13,637 nt of DNA from an uncultured Candidatus Binatia bacterium (lineage in GTDB: Bacteria; Desulfobacterota; Binatia; HRBIN30). The stretch covers positions 1 through 13,637 of the forward strand of contig CAZTDK010000079.1 of the NCBI GenBank assembly GCA_964611965.1, in the 5' to 3' direction. A program made the position numbers and the translations under genes. The notes beneath the pieces are model-generated. The model worked only from the letters and a program-made list of their open reading frames with translations. It had not been told where the DNA came from and did no database searches. Shown piece by piece: positions 7,647-13,637 of this stretch (position 1 is its first letter; the number at the start of each line of letters is the position of its first letter).

Positions 7647-9572
7647 TCAGGCAGCCTGGCCGGCAGCCGCATCGGCCTTGTGCGCCCGCTCTTCGTGACG
7701 TGTCAGCGCACCGCTGATGCGGTAGACCGCCGCGTACTTCGGCGGACACACACTCAAGCACGAGCCGCACTGTGAGCATGCCTCCGGGTTAATCACGTGC
7801 GCGGTGCCGCGACTGCCGCTGATGGCTTCGGCGGGGCACACCTTCACGCACGCGGTGCACCCCGGACAGCGCTCGGCATCGATCCGGTGCTGAATCATGG
7901 CGCGGCAGACGAACGCTTCGCATTGGTGTCTTTCGACATGGTCGCGGTACTCCTGGCCGAAATACCGCAACGTGGTCAGCACCGGGTTGGGCGCCGTCTG
8001 GCCCAGGCCGCACAACGAGCCGCGCGCCACGGTGTGCGCGAGATCTTGCAGCCGAACAAGATCCTCGGGCTTCCCATCGCCCCCGGCGATGCGCTCGAGG
8101 AGATATTGCATGGCGTATGTCCCGACGCGGCAGGGCGGACATTTGCCGCACGATTCGGCTTGCGTGAACGAGATGAAGTACTTCGCCAGATCGACGGCGC
8201 AGGTGTCGGCGTCGAGCACGATCATGCCACCGGAGCCCATGATCGAGCCGGCTTGCGCCAGTGACTCGTAGTCAACCGGGAGGTCGAGGTGCTCGGCCGC
8301 GATGCAGCCTCCCGAGGGACCGCCGGTCTGCACCGCCTTGATCGGCTTGCCGTCCGAGCTACCGCCGCCGATCTCCTCGACGATCTGCCGGAGCGTCGTC
8401 CCGAGCGGCACTTCGATCAGCCCCGTGCGTTTGACTTTGCCCGCCAGCGCGAAGCTGCGCGTGCCCTTGCTCGCCGCGGTGCCCATTTCGGCGTACCACG
8501 CGGGGCCGTTGCGCAAGATCAGCGGTAGGTTGGCGAGCGTCTCGACGTTCTGAATGATGGTCGGCTTGCCCCACAGTCCGCTCACCGCCGGGAATGGCGG
8601 GCGCGGCTGCGGCATACCGCGGCGGCCTTCAATCGAAGCAATCAGCGCGGTTTCTTCGCCGCAGACGAATGCCCCGGCACCTTTCTTGATCTCGATGTCG
8701 AAGGAAAACTCCGAGCCCTGAATCCGCTCGCCCAGTAATCCCATGCTGCGCATCTGCACCAGCGCGACTTTGAGTCGGGCGAGCGCCAGCGGATACTCAG
8801 CGCGGCAGTAAATGTAGCCCTTGCTGGCGCCGAGGGCGAAGGCGGCCACCAACATCCCTTCGAGGATGGCATGCGGATCCCCTTCGATGAGCGAGCGGTT
8901 CATGAACGCGCCGGGATCACCTTCGTCGGCGTTGCAAATCAGGTAGCGCTGGTCCGCCGGTGTCTGCCGGCAGGTGTCCCACTTGCGCCAGGTCGGAAAG
9001 CCGGCGCCACCGCGCCCGCGCAGGCCGGCTTGCTTGACCGCGTCGACCACGTGCTCCGGGCCGATCTCCAGGGCATGCAGGAAGCCGCGGTAGCCGTCCT
9101 GCGCCAAGTAGTGCTCGATATTCTCGGGATCGATGCGCCCGCAGTTGGCCAAGACGCGCCGCACCTGTCCGCGCATCATGGGGTGATCCGCGAGCGCGCC
9201 CATCCCATCGACGCTGCCGGCGCCGAGGCTGCCCAGCGCCCACTCGGCACACGGGTCGTTTCCCAGCACATGGCGTTTGAGAATCTGGTGCATCTCGGCC
9301 GGACCGACGTTGCCAAAGCAAATGCGCGGCACCCCGGGCTTGTGCACGATGACCAGCGGTTCGAGCGAGCAAGGACCGAGGCAGCCGGTTTCAACGACCT
9401 GTCCTTGAAGATTGCCGGCGTCGATCTCGGCCCGCAGGTACGCGAGCGTCTCCCCCGCCCCGGCGGCCAGGCCACAGGTCGCGGTGCCGACGAAGAAAAC
9501 CGGAACCGGGCTGGTTTCCAGCGCCTGCCAGTGTGCCCGCGCCGCGACGGAGGCGTCGTTCAGGAACGTCAT
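7647..9572 (-). CDS. NuoF/HydB (BfuB)-like NADH-binding flavoprotein subunit with an N-terminal thioredoxin-like [2Fe-2S] domain and a C-terminal 2x[4Fe-4S] ferredoxin domain
   Basis: 641 aa. N-terminal CGLAAG ... GCLGPCSLEP (NuoE-like 2Fe-2S fold). GLRGRGGAGFPT (FMN). Glycine-rich NADH site. ESCGKCPPCR ([4Fe-4S] N3-like). C-terminal CPGCTACVKVCP and CSQCGSCLSVCP. ATG 9572-9570 overlaps the nuoE-like TGA (ATGA). Confidence 0.85.
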   Translation of the reverse strand: MTFLNDASVAARAHWQALETSPVPVFFVGTATCGLAAGAGETLAYLRAEIDAGNLQGQVVETGCLGPCSLEPLVIVHKPGVPRICFGNVGPAEMHQILKRHVLGNDPCAEWALGSLGAGSVDGMGALADHPMMRGQVRRVLANCGRIDPENIEHYLAQDGYRGFLHALEIGPEHVVDAVKQAGLRGRGGAGFPTWRKWDTCRQTPADQRYLICNADEGDPGAFMNRSLIEGDPHAILEGMLVAAFALGASKGYIYCRAEYPLALARLKVALVQMRSMGLLGERIQGSEFSFDIEIKKGAGAFVCGEETALIASIEGRRGMPQPRPPFPAVSGLWGKPTIIQNVETLANLPLILRNGPAWYAEMGTAASKGTRSFALAGKVKRTGLIEVPLGTTLRQIVEEIGGGSSDGKPIKAVQTGGPSGGCIAAEHLDLPVDYESLAQAGSIMGSGGMIVLDADTCAVDLAKYFISFTQAESCGKCPPCRVGTYAMQYLLERIAGGDGKPEDLVRLQDLAHTVARGSLCGLGQTAPNPVLTTLRYFGQEYRDHVERHQCEAFVCRAMIQHRIDAERCPGCTACVKVCPAEAISGSRGTAHVINPEACSQCGSCLSVCPPKYAAVYRISGALTRHEERAHKADAAAGQAA

Positions 9573-10057
9573 GCGGCTTTGCCGTTCCCCTGATGCCCCA
9601 GTTGGACCAGCAGTCCACGCACCTGCTTGGGCTTCATCCCGGCACGCACCTTACCATCGACGAGCACGACGGGAGCCAGCGCACAGCAGCCGACACACGC
9701 CACACGCGCGAGACCGAATTCATGATCTGGGGTCATCTCGCCGGCCTTGATGTTCAGGCGCTCTTCGAAGTCGTGCATGAGCTGCGGACCACCGCGCACG
9801 TGGCAGGCGGTGCCCTCGCATACGTGGATGGTGTGCTCGGCCGGAGGTTGGAAGCGGAACTGGGCGTAGAACGTCGCTACCCCGTAGATCTCGTTTTCGG
9901 AAATACCACTGGCGACCGCCAGGGCACGCACGCCCTCCTGGGAAAGGTACCCCTGGCGCTCTTGGATCTCCTGCAGGACCGGAATCAAATGCTCCCGGCG
10001 CGGCGGATAACTGGCCAGAATTTCCGCCACGGCTGCTGTCGCTTCGCTTTCGGGCAT
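9569..10057 (-). CDS. NuoE/HoxE/HydC-like thioredoxin-fold [2Fe-2S] subunit
   Basis: 162 aa from ATG 10057. HLIPVLQEIQERQGYLSQEGVRALAVASGISENEIYGVATFY ... HVCEGTACHVRGG ... CVGCCALAPV (C-x4-C ... C-x3-C). Strong RBS GAGGGAG lies 8 nt upstream of ATG 10057. The track ORF starts 7 codons earlier at GTG 10078, which lacks an RBS. Confidence 0.85.
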   Translation of the reverse strand: MPESEATAAVAEILASYPPRREHLIPVLQEIQERQGYLSQEGVRALAVASGISENEIYGVATFYAQFRFQPPAEHTIHVCEGTACHVRGGPQLMHDFEERLNIKAGEMTPDHEFGLARVACVGCCALAPVVLVDGKVRAGMKPKQVRGLLVQLGHQGNGKAA

Positions 10058-10139
10058 CGCAGTCACTCCCTCATGCACGCAATGCCGGCCTCCCCACCGG
10101 TCTGCATTTCGTTGCTCCAGTCGCTATTCAAGAACCGAA

Positions 10140-10186
10140 CCGTTCGCCGACGTATCGGCATCTTATCCGTTGGGAGCCGTTCGCCG
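10140..10186. repeat. 10-bp direct repeat CCGTTCGCCG x2 (10140-10149 and 10177-10186) in the divergent intergenic region, 83-130 bp upstream of the nuoE-like start
   Basis: Exact 10-mer seen twice, 37 bp apart start-to-start. The first copy is embedded in GAACCGAACCGTTCGCCGACG. Confidence 0.4.
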
Positions 10187-10273
10187 CGGCGGTGATCGCA
10201 GCCGCGAGAATCCGGCGCATGATGCTTCTCACGAATCGTATCGATTGGCGGGATGGCTAATGCGTTGAATTAG

Positions 10274-10341
10274 CTGCTGGCTAGCACGCAACACCTTGTG
10301 ACGTACAACGGTTTGGGTGCTAGACTTCCAGCAGCGTCACA
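10274..10341 (+). promoter_or_regulatory. Two interleaved imperfect inverted repeats upstream of the flotillin-like gene RBS. Candidate operator and/or 5'-UTR structure with pseudoknot-type topology.
   Basis: IR-A: GCTGCTGGCTAGCAC (10274-10288) vs GTGCTAG-ACTT-CCAGCAGC (10317-10335). IR-B: TGTGACG (10297-10303) vs CGTCACA (10335-10341). The IR-B left arm lies in the IR-A loop and its right arm abuts the IR-A right arm. Contains TTGTGACGTACAA. It ends 3 nt before the RBS. Confidence 0.35.
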
Positions 10342-10344
10342 CAG

Positions 10345-10351
10345 AAGGAGG
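10345..10351 (+). promoter_or_regulatory. Shine-Dalgarno sequence for the flotillin-like gene
   Basis: AAGGAGG lies 5 nt upstream of ATG 10357. Confidence 0.7.
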
Positions 10352-10356
10352 GAAGC

Positions 10357-12450
10357 ATGTTCGGTGTACTTCGAGACGCACTGCGATTTTCCGACCCGTT
10401 GCTACTCGCCATCACGAGCCTGATCGTCGTGGCCGCACTCCTCTACTTCACGGGCACTGTGCGTTACATCTCCAACACGCGCGTCGGGCTCGTGGAGAAG
10501 CTCTGGAGTCGGCACGGCTCCGTAACGTCGGGCCTGATTGCGCTGAACAGCGAAGCCGGCTTTCAGCCGCACGTGCTGCGCGGCGGTCTGCACGTGATGA
10601 TGCCGCTGCAGTATCGCGTGCACATCATGCCCCTGGTGACCATCCCGCAGGGCAAGATCGGCTACGTCTTCGCCCGCGACGGCCAGCCGTTGCCGGCGAC
10701 GCAGACACTCGCGGCGTATGACGGGCCACCCGATTTCCAGGACGCCGCCGCATTCCTCCGCGGCGGCGGCCAACGCGGGCCGCAACGGGCCATCTTGCGG
10801 GAAGGCACGTACGCCCTCAATCTCGCGCAGTTTGTCGTCATCACCGACGATGGGGTGTACTGCCTGCCGTTGCAGAGCTCCGAGGGCGAATTGCTGACCG
10901 GCATGGCCGATCTCATCGAGGCGCGCCAGGGCTTCGAGCCGGTGGTGATCAAGGACAAGGACGACTTGATCGGCGTGGTCACGGTGCACGACGGTGCGTC
11001 GTTGCCACCCGGGCAGATTATCGCGGCACTGGTCGGCGACGATCCGCAAGATGCGCCGACCTATCACAACAACTTCCAGGATCCGGAGCGTTTTCTGCGC
11101 GCCGGCGGCCGGCGCGGCCGGCAACTGCAGGTATTGGTGGAAGGGACCTACTACATCAACCGGCTTTTCGCGACGGTAGAAATGACCCCAAAGACCGTCG
11201 TCGCGGTGGGCACCGTCGGTGTCGTCGTGTCGTATACCGGAGAAACCGGCGTCGATCTGTCCGGCGATGAGTACAAGCACGGCGAGCTCGTCGACAGCGA
11301 GCACCGCGGCGTCTGGAAGACCCCGCTGCTGCCGGGAAAGTACGCGTTCAATACTTACGCCGGCCACGTGCTGATGGTGCCAACCACGAATTTCATCCTG
11401 AAGTGGAACCGCGCCGAGACCGGCTCGCATCACTACGATGAGAACCTCGCCGAGGTGTCACTGATCACGCGCGATGCGTTCGAGCCGTCGCTGCCGTTGT
11501 CGGTGGTCGTCCACATCGACTACCGCAAGGCTCCGCTGGTGGTGCAGCGCTTCGGCGACATCAAGCAGCTGGTAGAGCAAACCCTCGACCCGATGGTCTC
11601 CGCCTATTTCAAGAACATCGCGCAGACGCGCACGCTGATCCAATTGCTGCAGGATCGCAGCGCCATTCAGCAAATCGCGGGCGAGGAGATGAAGGAGAAA
11701 TTCGGGCGTTACAATCTGGAGCTGCAGGAAGTGCTGATCGGCACACCGACCGCCGGTAAGGGCGGCGGGCAAATTGAGCAGATCTTGATTCAGCTGCGCT
11801 CACGGCAGATCGCCGAGGAACAGGTCGAAACCTACAACCGGCAGGAAAAGGCCGCCGTCAAGGAGCGCGAGCTGCGCGAGGCGGAGGCGCGCGCCAAGCA
11901 GCAAACGGCGCTCACGGAGTCTGAGCTGTCGATCATCGCGCAGACCAACCAGGGCAAGGCCGAATACGCCCGGGCGCAGCAGCAAGCGGCACAGATCCAG
12001 GCGCTGGCGCATGCGGAGGCCGAGAAAATCCGCATGCTCGGCGAAGGCGAAGGCAAACGCGTGCAAGCGCTCGCCCAGGCGGAGGCTGAACGCGCCGCGC
12101 GCGTCGGCATCGCACAGGCAATGGCCATCGAGGAACAAGTGCGCGCCTATGGCGGCCCACAGCTGCAGCTGACCCAGCAGGTCATGACCCGCTTTGCCGA
12201 AGCCATCGAGCAGGCGCACGTCGACATCGTCCCCAAGATCGTCATTGGCGGCACCGAGAACGGCCATGGGGGCACGGCACCCAGCGTCCTTGGCGGCGGC
12301 AACAACATCCTCCAGGCGCTGCTGGCGATGCTGCTCTCCGAGAAACTCGGCGCCAATGCCGTGACGACTGCGGACCCACGCCCCGAAGCGGCGGCGATGC
12401 GCCGCGAGATCGGGGCGCGGATCGGCACCGACGGCGCGGCGAAGGGGTGA
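10357..12450 (+). CDS. Flotillin-like SPFH/band-7 membrane scaffold protein (YqiK/FloT family) with an unusually long N-terminal half
   Basis: 697 aa. N-terminal TM helix (LLLAITSLIVVAALLYF). SPFH entry motif VRYISNTRVGLVEK ... VLRGGLHVMMPLQY (compare FloT KIVRGGGTFVLPVFQ). SPFH core (LSVVVHIDYRKAPLVVQRFGDIKQLVEQTLDPMVSAYFKNIA ... LELQEVLIGTP). Long Glu/Ala/Gln-rich coiled coil (REAEARAKQQ ... AQAEAERAAR). Gly-rich C-terminal flotillin tail (GGTENGHGGTAPSVLGGGNN). Strong RBS. Confidence 0.8.
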   Translation: MFGVLRDALRFSDPLLLAITSLIVVAALLYFTGTVRYISNTRVGLVEKLWSRHGSVTSGLIALNSEAGFQPHVLRGGLHVMMPLQYRVHIMPLVTIPQGKIGYVFARDGQPLPATQTLAAYDGPPDFQDAAAFLRGGGQRGPQRAILREGTYALNLAQFVVITDDGVYCLPLQSSEGELLTGMADLIEARQGFEPVVIKDKDDLIGVVTVHDGASLPPGQIIAALVGDDPQDAPTYHNNFQDPERFLRAGGRRGRQLQVLVEGTYYINRLFATVEMTPKTVVAVGTVGVVVSYTGETGVDLSGDEYKHGELVDSEHRGVWKTPLLPGKYAFNTYAGHVLMVPTTNFILKWNRAETGSHHYDENLAEVSLITRDAFEPSLPLSVVVHIDYRKAPLVVQRFGDIKQLVEQTLDPMVSAYFKNIAQTRTLIQLLQDRSAIQQIAGEEMKEKFGRYNLELQEVLIGTPTAGKGGGQIEQILIQLRSRQIAEEQVETYNRQEKAAVKERELREAEARAKQQTALTESELSIIAQTNQGKAEYARAQQQAAQIQALAHAEAEKIRMLGEGEGKRVQALAQAEAERAARVGIAQAMAIEEQVRAYGGPQLQLTQQVMTRFAEAIEQAHVDIVPKIVIGGTENGHGGTAPSVLGGGNNILQALLAMLLSEKLGANAVTTADPRPEAAAMRREIGARIGTDGAAKG

Positions 12451-12516
12451 AGGAACGGGCTTCGGGGCCTGGGGGTTGTCGGGAATGGGCGCGCTATGTG
12501 AGAGTGCTTACGCATC

Positions 12517-13637
12517 ATGAACCGGGCCGTCCCCGAAGCGAGCAAGAGACTCGCACCGCAGCTACTGGCGGCGCTCCTGCTTCTCAGCGTTCCCGGCGTC
12601 GCGGCTGCTACGTTCGAAAGCGAGCGTGGTTGGGAGGTGGTGAGTGTGGAAGGGCGCGAGTTCCCGCCAGACTTCCGTGTCGCCGTGCCGCGACTGTCCC
12701 TGTGGCACGTCACGAATGGCGCCCCGGAGGCCATCCCCTTCCAGGTCGACGAACGTGATGCCAGCGGACAGCTGGCGCTCCCCAATGGGCCCGAGCCGTC
12801 GCACGACGATTCCCCGAATGTCTTCGATGACAACGACCTGCTCGTCTTCGCGGCCCGCGATCTGGGAGAGCATGCGGCGCTCGCCGGCGCCGCTGAAATT
12901 CAGGTAACCGACCCGCTCACGGGTGCCATCCGCTGGGCGTACTTGCGCGTTGACGCGGTGGCACCGGCCGCGAGCCGCCGCGACGTCGAGTACGATGTCG
13001 AGGCGCGCGTCATCCGCGCCCGCGGCTACACGCTCACCTTGGGCACCAATGTGCCGACGGCGTTCAGCTTCAAGGATGGCACGCGAGCCTACGGCCGCAA
13101 TCTCCTGGACCGGATGAAGGCGCGCGTCACCGCGCGCGTGCTGTGGGGGCTCTTACAGTTTGATCGCACCGAAGAGGATGTGACGTCGACGCCCCTGGCC
13201 TGGAAAAGCGGCCCGATCCGGTTGATCCAGCGCACGGGCTTGAGTGTCCGTCTCGGCTATGGGCTGAGCCCCCCAAAGATTGTCGCTGAGGATTTCTACA
13301 CCGCTGATTTTTCCGAGAGCCCGATCATCGTCCAGCTGCCGTTCGATCTGCGCTACGTATTCGGCGACCTGACGGTGCGGATCTTTCTGGACTTCGACGG
13401 GCTTCGCGACGCCCGCATCTTCGCCGCTGGTCAGGCCCCCGTACCGATTGGCTGTGATCGGCCCCTGCCCGCGGTCAACGGCATCGCCACCAACTGGTTC
13501 GGGGTCACCGGCCCGGAAGGCACGTTCATCCACGCGTTACGTGTCAGCCCGACGCTGCAGGCACTGCACAGCGCCCTCTACGCGATCGCGGACCGCACAC
13601 CCGATCCGCCGGAGCGGGTGCCGGGGAACTGCCCGGG
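12517..13637 (+). CDS. 3'-partial ORF (open to window end) encoding a predicted secreted protein of unknown function. Not present in the supplied ORF track.
   Basis: ATG at 12517 is the first start after an in-frame TGA at 12499-12501. I read 373 codons by hand to nt 13635 with no stop. N-terminus MNRAVPEASKRLAPQLLAALLLLSVPGVAAA|TFESERGW is a Sec signal peptide. Strong GC3 bias. Lies 66 bp downstream of the flotillin-like gene on the same strand. Confidence 0.6.
   Translation, partial: MNRAVPEASKRLAPQLLAALLLLSVPGVAAATFESERGWEVVSVEGREFPPDFRVAVPRLSLWHVTNGAPEAIPFQVDERDASGQLALPNGPEPSHDDSPNVFDDNDLLVFAARDLGEHAALAGAAEIQVTDPLTGAIRWAYLRVDAVAPAASRRDVEYDVEARVIRARGYTLTLGTNVPTAFSFKDGTRAYGRNLLDRMKARVTARVLWGLLQFDRTEEDVTSTPLAWKSGPIRLIQRTGLSVRLGYGLSPPKIVAEDFYTADFSESPIIVQLPFDLRYVFGDLTVRIFLDFDGLRDARIFAAGQAPVPIGCDRPLPAVNGIATNWFGVTGPEGTFIHALRVSPTLQALHSALYAIADRTPDPPERVPGNCP

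Noticed and set aside
6306-7775. 489-aa plus-strand ORF antisense to the nuoG-like gene. Similarly 7797..8264 and 8871..9593 are antisense to nuoF-like, and 3725..4738 and 4751..5735 are antisense to nfnB/nfnA.
   Set aside because: Shadow ORFs. The minus-strand products have dense, collinear Fe-S/flavin motifs, whereas the antisense translations are compositionally biased (R, A, G, D, H rich) with no motifs.
10103-10131. Possible sigma54 (-24/-12) or sigma70 promoter for the minus-strand operon (TGGAGCAACGAAATGCA; TTGAAT -35-like)
   Set aside because: GG-to-GC spacing is one nucleotide too long for sigma54. No acceptable -10 hexamer sits at 16-18 bp from TTGAAT. Kept only as a weak remark inside the control-region finding.
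10219-10260. 13-codon mini-ORF ATGATGCTTCTCACGAATCGTATCGATTGGCGGGATGGCTAA (MMLLTNRIDWRDG) in the divergent intergenic region
   Set aside because: AT-rich codon usage unlike the rest of the window, TAA stop, only a weak GAGAA upstream. It could be a leader peptide but there is no supporting feature, so it is most likely chance.
10296-10310. TTGTGACGTACAAC as a Rex (TTGTGAA-N4-TTCACAA) or CRP/FNR-type operator
   Set aside because: Only one half-site is convincing. The second half (ACAAC) is truncated and the spacing is wrong for Rex, CRP or FNR. The matching GTCACA half lies 33 bp away, which is not a standard operator geometry.
10402-11433. 343-aa minus-strand ORF and the 10317..10721 plus-strand ORF overlapping the flotillin-like gene
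   Set aside because: Antisense or out-of-frame shadows. The 10357..12450 frame has a strong RBS, a TM helix, an SPFH core and a coiled coil.
1-13637. Search for tRNA/rRNA, CRISPR arrays, IS elements, integrase/transposase genes, and toxin-antitoxin or defence-system signatures
   Set aside because: No cloverleaf-compatible intergenic sequences, no regularly spaced direct repeats, no terminal inverted repeats, and no ORFs with recombinase, nuclease or ATPase motifs. The window looks like core metabolic and envelope chromosome, not a mobile or defence island.

Overview
High-GC (about 67%) bacterial chromosomal window with no rRNA, tRNA, CRISPR or mobile-element signatures. I can support eleven protein-coding genes.

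Plus strand, left end: a YqgE/AlgH-family gene, a small four-His-box membrane hydroxylase (fatty-acid hydroxylase/CrtZ-like), and a lipoprotein with a Ca-dependent PI-PLC-like catalytic domain.

Minus strand, centre (10057 down to 3313): a tightly packed, translationally coupled six-gene operon encoding NuoE-like, NuoF/HydB-like, NuoG-like (no H-cluster), NfnA-like, NfnB/GltD-like and a small YgbA-like Cys-rich protein. This is a candidate Bfu-type (HydABC-like, hydrogenase-less) plus NfnAB electron-bifurcating transhydrogenase system carrying an unexpected sixth gene. It is the most interesting system in the window.

Plus strand, right end: a 300-bp AT-richer divergent intergenic region with interleaved inverted repeats and a direct repeat, followed by an unusually long (697 aa) flotillin/YqiK-like SPFH protein with an internally triplicated N-terminal motif. 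Downstream is an open-ended ORF (12517 to window end) that is absent from the supplied ORF track and encodes a signal-peptide protein of unknown function.

Most other ORFs in the six-frame track are antisense or frame-shifted shadows typical of high-GC DNA.
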